Part shown: positions 56,142 through 64,000 of the stretch, in pieces
How the letters are laid out: each line of letters starts with the position of its first letter
Position numbering within the stretch: the first letter of the stretch is position 1
Source: Myxococcota bacterium
GTDB taxonomy: Bacteria > Myxococcota_A > UBA9160 > UBA6930
Length of the DNA stretch: 64,000 bases
NCBI GenBank assembly: GCA_965223705.1
Contig: OZ245015.1
Span: 3,360,001-3,424,000, forward strand
Direction of reading: 5' to 3'
Made by a program: the position numbers and the translations under genes
The notes under the pieces: generated by a model
Seen by the model: only the letters and a program-made list of their open reading frames with translations
What the model was told of the DNA's origin: nothing
The model's database searches: none

Positions 56142-57860
56142 TCAGTAGCCGATGGCCACGCCGGGATAGAAGATGTCGGTTCCCCCGCGCAGCTCTCCGG
56201 TTTGTTCATCGACGAGGATTCCCAGTGGGATCGCGTAGTTCCATGTTCCGACGAACTCTTTCGTCGTGGTCACGCTGTGGCCCATCTCCCGGAGTGCTTC
56301 GCACGTCGCTTCGGGGATGCGATCGTCTAGGTAGGCGGCCTCCCGCTCGCAGTGAAGGCGCGGCGCACGGACGGCCTCCTGCATGCCCATGCCGTGGTCG
56401 ACGACATTCATCAAGACCTGCGGAACGGCGGTCACGATACGGAGACCGCCCGGGGCGCCGAGGGTCATCAAGGGTTTTCCGTCCCGAAAGACCAGAGTAC
56501 TCGTGGCCGGCCACCACGTGATCTTTCCCGGACCCGGACAGTTCGGCGAGTTTGAATCGGGGTTGAAAGACATCATGTTGTTGTTGAGGAGAATGCCGGT
56601 CCCTGGCACAACGACGCGAGAACCGAACAACGCTCCGAGCGTCTGGATCTGGGAGACCATGTTGCGTTCTTCGTCGACCACCTGGAGATGAGTCGTGTGA
56701 CTGTCGAGTCCGAGACGTTCTGCCGCGGGCGAGGGCATGGGCTCACCGCCGGCTTGTCCTTGATGCACCCAGGGATCACCGGCCGTGTTTGAAAACGAGG
56801 CGCGACGTGGATCGATGCGCTCAGCGATCCACGCGGCGTACTCCTTCGAGAGCAGTCCCTCGTAGGGAACGTCGATCACCGCCGGATCGCCGATATAGGC
56901 GAAGGTATCCGCGTACGCGCGGCCCAACGCCTCGATCAACAGATGAAGCGTCGCGGGTGTCTGGGGGCCCGAGCCAGCGAGATCGAAGTTCTCGAGGATG
57001 TTGAGCATCTGAGCCTGTGTGCGGCTGCCTGTCGGACCGGGCGATCCGAAGACACGCACGTCTCGGTAGCTGTGCGAAAGCGGCGACTCGTAGACTGTGG
57101 CGCGATATTCCGACAGATCCCGCTCATCGATCAAGCCGCCGTGCTCGGCCATATCCGCCGCGATACGCCGCGCGGTCTCACCGGTGTAGAACGCTTCTGC
57201 GCCCTGATCGGCGATCCGTCGAAGTGTCTCTGCGAGCTCTTCCTGCACCAATCGATCGGCCGGAGAAAAAGGGACCGGATTGAAATCGAAGTGACCGGTG
57301 ATGAACGTCTTCACCGTCTCGGGGAATCGAGAGAGCGCTCCCCATTCTTTCGCCACCATCAGGCGGAGGTGCCAATCATACGGGACGCCCTGCTCGGCGT
57401 AGTGGATGGCTGGTTCCATCACCTCGCCCAGAGACAACGTGCCGAACTTCTCGAGAGCCAAGCAGAGTCCCGCCACGGTTCCCGGTACTCCGACCGCGCG
57501 GTGCCCGATTAAGTTCGCGTCTCCTTCGACGCCGGCGTAGTAGCCGCGCGTTTCATCTCCGCTGGCGAGCGGATACATCTTTGGATGTGCACCGAGCGGC
57601 GCCCGGATGTTGTAGTCCACCACGATGGTACGTTCGAGTTTCGACAAGTATGCGACCATGGAACCGCGGCCACCGATTCCGTTCATATAGGGCTCGACCA
57701 CCGCGAGCGTGAAGGCCATCGCCACGGCGGCGTCCACCGCGTTGCCGCCGCGCTGCAAGACGTCGGCGCCGACGTCCGCCGCCAGCGGGTGATTCGCGGC
57801 GACCATGCCCCGCTCGCCCACGGCTTCCGTCTTGTCGAGTTGCCAGTTGCTCCGAGTCAC
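56142..57860 (-). CDS. ggt: Gamma-glutamyltransferase
   Basis: GGNAVDAAVA, GVPG, HTTH (Thr nucleophile), LLNNNM and GAPGG. Confidence 0.92.
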   Translation of the reverse strand: MTRSNWQLDKTEAVGERGMVAANHPLAADVGADVLQRGGNAVDAAVAMAFTLAVVEPYMNGIGGRGSMVAYLSKLERTIVVDYNIRAPLGAHPKMYPLASGDETRGYYAGVEGDANLIGHRAVGVPGTVAGLCLALEKFGTLSLGEVMEPAIHYAEQGVPYDWHLRLMVAKEWGALSRFPETVKTFITGHFDFNPVPFSPADRLVQEELAETLRRIADQGAEAFYTGETARRIAADMAEHGGLIDERDLSEYRATVYESPLSHSYRDVRVFGSPGPTGSRTQAQMLNILENFDLAGSGPQTPATLHLLIEALGRAYADTFAYIGDPAVIDVPYEGLLSKEYAAWIAERIDPRRASFSNTAGDPWVHQGQAGGEPMPSPAAERLGLDSHTTHLQVVDEERNMVSQIQTLGALFGSRVVVPGTGILLNNNMMSFNPDSNSPNCPGPGKITWWPATSTLVFRDGKPLMTLGAPGGLRIVTAVPQVLMNVVDHGMGMQEAVRAPRLHCEREAAYLDDRIPEATCEALREMGHSVTTTKEFVGTWNYAIPLGILVDEQTGELRGGTDIFYPGVAIGY

Positions 57861-57917
57861 GAAAACTCCACCTCGATTGAGCTCAGCGTCTATTGTATGG
57901 AAGGAGGCCTCGACGGC

Positions 57918-58810
57918 ATGACAGAAACTCCTGTTCGCGAAGGCTTTCTCGAACTCCGAAACGGTTATCGGTCTGGTATCGCCGTTTGGGCGAAAGTGGA
58001 GAAACCCCTCTCCTTCTCCTCCACGGCGGCCCTGGGGCAGGCCACGACTACCTCGAACCGCTCTCGGCGCTCGCGGATTCGCGACCGGTCATTTTCTACG
58101 ATCAACTGGGCTGCGGGAGGTCCGACTGCCCGGACAATCCCGATTTGTGGAGAATCGAGCGCTTCGTCGGCGAGATCGACGAAGTGCGCGACCAACTCGG
58201 ACTCGCGAACGTGCACCTGCTCGGCCAGTCGTTTGGCGGGTGGCTCGCCATTGAATACATGCTGTCGCAACCGTCCGGCGTCGAACGACTGATTCTAGCC
58301 AGCACCTCGTCGAGCATTCCTCAGTTCGCGCAAGAGACGCGTCGGCTCCGCAAAGAACTTCCGAGCTCGGTTCAAGCGACCCTCGATCGACACGAAGGGC
58401 GTGGAGAGTTCGATCACCCGGACTATGAACACGCGGTCGAAGCCTTCTACCAGCGCTACGTATGCCGCCTAGAGGTGTGGCCGGATTGCGTCCTGCGAAC
58501 CGTGGCCAATCTCGAGCACAACCCCGTGTACGAGACCATGAACGGTCCGAACGAGTTCACCACCATCGGCAACTTGAAGGATTGGGACCGAACGGATCGC
58601 CTCGACGAGATTCGTGTCCCCACACTCATCACGGTCGGTCGCTACGACGAAGTTACGCCTGCTTGCGCCGAAACCCTCAACCGCGGCATCCCGGGCTCCC
58701 AGATGGTGATCTTCGAAGAGAGCGCGCACCTAGCCCACGTGGAGGAAGCGAAGCGCTACGTCGCGGTCGTCGACGCGTTTCTGAAGACGTCGCCGGTCGC
58801 CTCCGGGTAA
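57918..58810 (+). pseudogene. Proline iminopeptidase-family hydrolase with a -1 frameshift near codon 18 (or a sequencing error)
   Basis: GGAGG-ATG MTETPVREGFLELRNGYR is in one frame. VWYRRLG...HGGPG...YDQLGCG...GQSFGG...GPNEF...SAH is in the -1 frame. The junction is TATCGGTCTGG at about 57970. Confidence 0.7.
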
Positions 58811-58941
58811 CACATGGCCGTTCAGCAGCAACCACCAAGAACGCGCCGACCTCGATCAACCGGAAACCGGCAAGGCGATCAATCCGAGCTGTGAAAACAA
58901 TGTGAACGTATCGCTCAGGCCCGATTGCGCGACGATCTTGA

Positions 58942-59034
58942 CCCGTACGCTTCGAACTCCTCGGACACGTATCCCGGCGACACGCCGAGCGTGAGGCGCC
59001 CGCCGCACAAGTTGTCGAGGGTCGCGATGTCTTC
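58942..59034 (-). pseudogene. Isolated internal fragment of an LLM-class oxidoreductase
   Basis: EDIATLDNLCGGRLTLGVSPGYVSEEFEAYG, with no start and no recognisable rest of gene. Confidence 0.65.
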
Positions 59035-59153
59035 GCGTCACCTCGAAATTCGTCGGTTTTCAGATCGCTTTCGATCCGCCAACCGATATCTTTCATGAAA
59101 TCCGCGCTGCGGAACAGGCAATTTCGACGTGCGCTCGACGCGCTGGAGGCCGG

Positions 59154-60428
59154 ATGGACTCGCGGAAAGATGGCCGGTTGCGGGAGACTCCCGCCGGCGG
59201 GCTTCTGAACCGGCGCGCGTTGTTGCGCGGCGCTTTGGCACTTCCCTTGGCGACGCCCGTTCTCGCCCAGGTCGACGACGCCGCCGCAGACCGCGCGCCC
59301 TGGATGAAGGCGCCGGGCGAACCGATGCGCTCCTACGGCTCTCCCGCTCCCCAGGAGGCGTCCGTCGCGCGCAAGGTCTTCGCTGAGTACGGCTCCCTCA
59401 CGCCGGGCGCGGGGGTCTCGTTTACGCCGCTCGAGTCGCTGCGCGGGACGCTCACTCCGAATGGACTCCACTTCGAGCGGCATCACAGCGGTGTTCCCGC
59501 AGTGGACCCGTCGGGCTACCGCCTCTTTATCCACGGAGCGGTGGGCGCGCCACAGGCCTTCTCCCATGCCGCTCTCGAGCAGCTCCCCCTGGTGAGTCGG
59601 CTGAACTTCCTCGAGTGCTCGGGCAACAGCTTCTGGAACGCAATCGGCGACGTCTCCGGGCGCACGTGCGGAGAACTTCACGGGCTCCTCTCGTCGAGCG
59701 AGTGGACCGGAATCGAGCTGCGGCGGTTGCTCGGTGAGGTCCGACCCAAACCCGAAGCGCGTTGGCTCATCGCCGAAGGCGGGGACGCGGCGCGCATGGT
59801 TCGGAGTATCCCGCTCGACCTCGCTCTGGAGCGGGGGATGCTCGCGCTGTATCAAAACGGCGAGCGGCTTCGTCCCGAGCAGGGCTACCCGGCGCGCCTC
59901 TTTTTCGGTGGCCTCGAAGGCAATGTCAGCGTGAAATGGGTGCGGAGCTTGGTGCTCTCGACGCAACCGGCCCAGGCCCGGGACGAGACCTCGAAATACA
60001 GCGACGAACGGGCGGACGGGAGCATCTCGCAGTTCACTCTCGAAATGGGAGTCAAGTCCCTTCTGATCTCCCCCTGCGTCGGGACGCGCCTACCTCGCCC
60101 GGGCGTCTATGAGCTCGAAGGCATCGCCTGGTCGGGTGCGGGAAAGATCCGCAAGGTCGAGATCTCAGCGGACGGCGGTGCGACGTGGAGCGACGCGGAG
60201 CTCGATCCGCCTCACCTCGCGTTCGCCCCGGTCCGCTTCCGTCTTCCGTGGGTTTGGCGAGGGCAGCGTCAGACACTCGTCAGTCGTGCGACCGACGAGT
60301 CGGGTGCAGTGCAGCCGACACACGCGGAGTGGAAGTCTCGATACGCATCGGCCCACATATACCACTACAACGCCCTGCAATTCTGGCGAGTCGACGAGAC
60401 GGGCGCAGTGCAGGCAGCGCTCTCCTAG
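59154..60428 (+). CDS. soxC: Sulfite/sulfane dehydrogenase molybdoprotein
   Basis: Tat signal NRRALL, TPNGLHFERHH, FLECSGN, QNGERLRPEQGYP, EGNVSVKW, ETSKY and YHYNA. Confidence 0.88.
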   Translation: MDSRKDGRLRETPAGGLLNRRALLRGALALPLATPVLAQVDDAAADRAPWMKAPGEPMRSYGSPAPQEASVARKVFAEYGSLTPGAGVSFTPLESLRGTLTPNGLHFERHHSGVPAVDPSGYRLFIHGAVGAPQAFSHAALEQLPLVSRLNFLECSGNSFWNAIGDVSGRTCGELHGLLSSSEWTGIELRRLLGEVRPKPEARWLIAEGGDAARMVRSIPLDLALERGMLALYQNGERLRPEQGYPARLFFGGLEGNVSVKWVRSLVLSTQPAQARDETSKYSDERADGSISQFTLEMGVKSLLISPCVGTRLPRPGVYELEGIAWSGAGKIRKVEISADGGATWSDAELDPPHLAFAPVRFRLPWVWRGQRQTLVSRATDESGAVQPTHAEWKSRYASAHIYHYNALQFWRVDETGAVQAALS

Positions 60429-60429
60429 T

Positions 60430-60936
60430 ATGGTCCGCCTGCTACCCGGACTTTGTATCGGTTTCGCGCTCTCGTTCGTCGCCTCGGGCGGCCCGGCCGC
60501 CGAACCGAGCGGCTTTCAGCCGCCGGGCTCTCCTCTCACCGACCGCGAGATCGAGAACTTGCAGACGGTCGTATTCCCAGACGGCACGGGTCTGCCTCGC
60601 GGTTCTGGCAACGCAGCCGCCGGAAAGAACCTGTTCGCGCAACGCTGTGCGGCCTGCCACGGGCCCGCGGGACGCGGGGGTCCAGCAGGCGCCCTCGTCG
60701 CCGACCCAAGAAGCGAACTTCGCACGGTGACGACCTATTGGCCCTACGCGACGACTCTATTCGACTACGTGCGTCGCGCGATGCCCTACGACGCACCCGG
60801 ATCGCTCGAAGCTGAAGAGGTCTACGCAGTCGTCGCCTACATCCTCTCGGAGGGAAACGTCATCCCGTCCGACGAACGTCTGGACAAAACCACCCTGCCC
60901 CGCGTCGTGATGCCCGGCCGCCAGCGCTTTCCCTGA
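60430..60936 (+). CDS. soxD: Monoheme cytochrome c, SoxD N-terminal-like
   Basis: Signal peptide, PDGTGLPRGSG, CAACH and YWPYATTLFDYVRRAMP. Confidence 0.82.
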   Translation: MVRLLPGLCIGFALSFVASGGPAAEPSGFQPPGSPLTDREIENLQTVVFPDGTGLPRGSGNAAAGKNLFAQRCAACHGPAGRGGPAGALVADPRSELRTVTTYWPYATTLFDYVRRAMPYDAPGSLEAEEVYAVVAYILSEGNVIPSDERLDKTTLPRVVMPGRQRFP

Positions 60937-60949
60937 CTCGCGATCCGCT

Positions 60950-62191
60950 TCAGGAGCTGATCTCCTCGAGCTCTTTGCCCTTGGTCTCGGACACGACGAC
61001 CAAGATGATCGGTATGCACACAAAAGGTACGAGGGCCACGAACGCTACGGCTTGTCCGACCGACCCGAGAGCGGCAGAGAGCCCCCCTACGATCGCAGGA
61101 GCGAGCGCCATCCCGGTACGGCCGAGCAGGTTGTTGACCACCGCGTTCGCCGTGCCGCGGATGGCCGTCGGGAAGATCTCGCTCGTAATCGTCGCGGCGA
61201 TCGGCCACAACGCGTGCATCGCAAGCACCACGACGTAAGCCACCGTGATTGTTGCCGCCGCCTCCGCGGTAAAGCACACGTAGGCTGCCGTCGCTCCGAC
61301 CGCGAAGTAGAGCGTGGCCGTGAGCCGCCTTCCGGCGAAATCGAGCATCGGGCCTGCCGTGACGTAGCCGATCACGGCGAGCGCGTAGGCCAATGTCAGG
61401 GCGTAGCTAACCGCGGCGGGTTCCCAGGCACGCTCATTGGTCACGTAGTAGGAGAAGAAGAAAAGACAGCACGAGCTCCAAGCATTCAGGGTAAACCAGA
61501 TCGCGGTACCGGCCAGAACGCGTCTCCTGTACGCCGGCCGAAGCAAGACCCCGAGTGTCTTGAAGCTCGCAACGAGCGATTCCTCGGGCCTGTCGTCCTC
61601 GCGAGTAAACCGCTGTGTTTCTTCGAGTCTCCCCCAATAGACCGGAAGCACAAAGAACAGCGCACCGCCGATCAGGTACAGCGTGCGCCACCCGAACTCG
61701 GTGTCGACGAGGTAAGGGAACACCGCCGATCCGAGCACACCGCCCGCGAGACTCGCCGCGAACATCAGCGTCACAGCGGCGCCGCGCCACCGCGCGGGCA
61801 TCTCTTCGGTGAGGATGATCGCCCCCAACCCAATTTCCGTCACCATGAACATCCGGGCGACGAACTGGTACGCAACGAAGTCGTAAAGCCCCGCCGCGAA
61901 AGCGCTCAGGATGGTGAACAGGGTGTAGCCGGCGATCGCCGTGAGAAATACCGCCCGGCGACCATAGCGGTCGGCGAGTCGCACCGGGATGAACGCGACG
62001 ATGGTCCCGACGTTGATGATCCCGACCGCCGCGCCGAGGGTTTGTGAGCTCGCGCCGAACTCGGTCCCGAGATACGGCAGCGCGAGATTGATGATCAGGA
62101 GGTCATAGCCTTCAAACAGGGTTGCGAGGCACACGAAGAAGAGCAGATGCAGCCGGTAGTTCTTCCCGCGCTCCGACGGAGGGCCGAACAC
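60950..62191 (-). CDS. MFS transporter
   Basis: FEGYD, LADRYGRR, EEMPARWRG, EIFPTAIRG and ETKGKELE. Confidence 0.92.
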   Translation of the reverse strand: MFGPPSERGKNYRLHLLFFVCLATLFEGYDLLIINLALPYLGTEFGASSQTLGAAVGIINVGTIVAFIPVRLADRYGRRAVFLTAIAGYTLFTILSAFAAGLYDFVAYQFVARMFMVTEIGLGAIILTEEMPARWRGAAVTLMFAASLAGGVLGSAVFPYLVDTEFGWRTLYLIGGALFFVLPVYWGRLEETQRFTREDDRPEESLVASFKTLGVLLRPAYRRRVLAGTAIWFTLNAWSSCCLFFFSYYVTNERAWEPAAVSYALTLAYALAVIGYVTAGPMLDFAGRRLTATLYFAVGATAAYVCFTAEAAATITVAYVVVLAMHALWPIAATITSEIFPTAIRGTANAVVNNLLGRTGMALAPAIVGGLSAALGSVGQAVAFVALVPFVCIPIILVVVSETKGKELEEISS

Positions 62192-62197
62192 CGGGAT

Positions 62198-63214
62198 CTA
62201 TTGTTTCGGCGCGAAGCGTTCCCACGCGCGCGCCGGTTCCGGTAGGGGTGGCTGCACGCTGGGCGGTGTTGCTGGGTCACCTCCCGTTTCGAACGCGACA
62301 TGATCCTTGAAGTAGAAGACGTGTTGATCGAACTGCCCGACCTCATCCTTGGTGAGTGTGATCGTGTGGCTGTCGAGCAGCGTGTGCGGATGGCGTTTTA
62401 CCCACTCGTCCGCAGCGAGCAACCCGTAGGCGCCTGGGATGTTGACGCCCTCCACGTAGTAGTGGCCAGGGATGACGATGTTGGCCTTCGTCTTCTTCAT
62501 GACCTCGTCCGCCCAATCCTGGCTCAGGATGTGCCCCTCATCGCTGACCGCTAGAATCGCGACGTCGATATCGCCGATCATCTTCCAAACGTGCTCGGGC
62601 GGATTCTGGCGGTTGTCACCCCAGTGCAAGATGCGGAGTCCGCCGGTCTCGACCACGTAAAGACTGTTGTCCCACTGAAGGGTTTCGTTCGGCGGGCACG
62701 GGTCTTCGTCGATCAGAGATTTCACGAGCTTCCGATATTCGATGTCGCTCTGCGTTTCGCAGACGTGTTTTTCGGCGATGCCCGTGATCTTGACGTCCGC
62801 CAGGCGAAACACCCCGGCCATCCGCTCCATCACCATGTCGGCGTGGAGTCGATCAATCGCATCGTGGTCGAAGTGCGCGTGGGTGACGAGGCCGATATCC
62901 GTTCGCTGAACCGGCATGTCGCGCATGTACCAGGGTGGGTACATCCCCGTGATGTCGTTTCGCCAGGGATCGATGAACACCTGAACGCCGCGCGGCGAAG
63001 TGATTTCAAAGGCGATATTGCCGTAGAAAGCGATGGTGACCTTGCCTCGATCTTCGTGCAGTCCGCCGTACACTTGCGCTGCAATGGCGCGATCGTTGTT
63101 GTGCTTCTGGAGCTGTGCGCTTCCGCCGTGGCCACCGTGCGCATGAACTGCGGCTCCGGAGAAGAGGACCAACAACGAGGTGATCGAGGCCCAGCACCGG
63201 AGTTTTCTGCTCAT
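62198..63214 (-). CDS. Secreted MBL-fold metallo-hydrolase
   Basis: Signal peptide, HAHGGHGG, IDPW, THAHFDHD, HWGD and IPGHY. Confidence 0.82.
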   Translation of the reverse strand: MSRKLRCWASITSLLVLFSGAAVHAHGGHGGSAQLQKHNNDRAIAAQVYGGLHEDRGKVTIAFYGNIAFEITSPRGVQVFIDPWRNDITGMYPPWYMRDMPVQRTDIGLVTHAHFDHDAIDRLHADMVMERMAGVFRLADVKITGIAEKHVCETQSDIEYRKLVKSLIDEDPCPPNETLQWDNSLYVVETGGLRILHWGDNRQNPPEHVWKMIGDIDVAILAVSDEGHILSQDWADEVMKKTKANIVIPGHYYVEGVNIPGAYGLLAADEWVKRHPHTLLDSHTITLTKDEVGQFDQHVFYFKDHVAFETGGDPATPPSVQPPLPEPARAWERFAPKQ

Positions 63215-63349
63215 CGTTCCTCCTTCGAGCACAGTCTCGTGCCACAACCGCCATCGGACCACCCGCGAACCCCGTCCGTCAAGTGTTCGCTCATGTACGG
63301 CGGAACGCGTTACGCTTCCTCGCGTCGCCAATCGACGGAGGGCTGACAC

Positions 63350-64000
63350 ATGGCTTCAAATTCGGTGAGCACCGGTCACATTGAGATGCCGGATCACAAC
63401 CCGACAGAGCGCTTCTCGAACCCGGTCCCCAAAGAGGGGGAAGACGGCCTGTTCACCCAAAGTTGGTTCCCGCTTTGTCTCGGGGAGGCGCTGAAGCCGG
63501 GCGATCTGCTCGGCGTTCCGTTTCTCGATGGAAAGGTCATCGTATATCGGGGTTCCGACGGGGTCGCGCGCGTGATGAGTGCATACTGTCCGCACCTGGG
63601 TTCAGACCTCTCGATCGGGCGCGTGGTCGGAGACCACGTGGAATGCGTGTTTCACCGCTGGCACTACGACACGAACGGACGATGCGTGAAGACCGCCATC
63701 GGCGATGATCCCCCGGCGCGAGCGCGCCTCTTCAAGTTCCCATCGCAAGAGCGCTTCGGCATTGTCTGGGCATTCAATGGAAACGAGCCTCTTTTTGACC
63801 TCCCGGATTTCGAGTACCCGGACGGCGATCTGCTCATCCGCTCCTACCGCTTCGAAGAAGCCTTTGAATGCGATCCGTTCGTGTTCGCGGCGAATACGCC
63901 CGACATGCAGCACTTCAAAGTCGTCCACGGCATCCGTTTCGATGACGAGGACCCGCACAAGCAAGTGGATTGGCAGCGCTGGGGATTCCGCTACGGCTTC
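63350..64000 (+). CDS. Rieske oxygenase (KshA/neverland-like), truncated by the window end
   Basis: GGAGGG-ATG, then QSWFPLC, SAYCPHLG...CVFHRWHY and NTPDMQHF..VHG. Absent from the ORF track. Confidence 0.85.
   Translation, partial: MASNSVSTGHIEMPDHNPTERFSNPVPKEGEDGLFTQSWFPLCLGEALKPGDLLGVPFLDGKVIVYRGSDGVARVMSAYCPHLGSDLSIGRVVGDHVECVFHRWHYDTNGRCVKTAIGDDPPARARLFKFPSQERFGIVWAFNGNEPLFDLPDFEYPDGDLLIRSYRFEEAFECDPFVFAANTPDMQHFKVVHGIRFDDEDPHKQVDWQRWGFRYGF

Noticed and set aside
1..64000. CRISPR arrays, tRNA/rRNA genes, transposases, integrases or phage genes
   Set aside because: No periodic repeat-spacer pattern, RNA-gene signature or recombinase motif was seen by eye.

Overview
GC-rich bacterial accessory-metabolism region with about 60 genes. 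No rRNA, tRNA, CRISPR array or transposase was seen. From left to right it contains: (1) a CarH/LitR B12 photoreceptor with a DUF1295 gene, followed by assorted oxidoreductases and hydrolases; (2) a ~14 kb glycan locus with a GT-C enzyme, a double methyltransferase, six GT2 domains (one fused to the Wzm ABC permease), Wzt and a GT4; (3) a compact candidate dehalogenation module made of two SnoaL/NTF2 genes, an AhpD/CMD-like gene with an in-frame TGA in a CxxU motif plus a SECIS-like hairpin (predicted selenoprotein), a haloalkane dehalogenase, and a divergent dichloromethane dehalogenase (DcmA)-like GST; (4) two MscS channels and a sortase with back-to-back sigma54-like promoters; (5) a non-canonical carbazole-type cluster (carC-carAa plus a PcpC-like GST, divergent from marR, a bphC-like gene and a hydrolase); (6) phaC, two hsp20 genes, a class III cyclase and arsR-acr3; (7) an auxin-catabolic iacABICDE-iacR operon; (8) ggt, soxCD, an MFS transporter and a truncated Rieske gene. 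Several deletion scars and a frameshift are also visible. Family calls come from motif recognition and remembered sequences, not from database searches.
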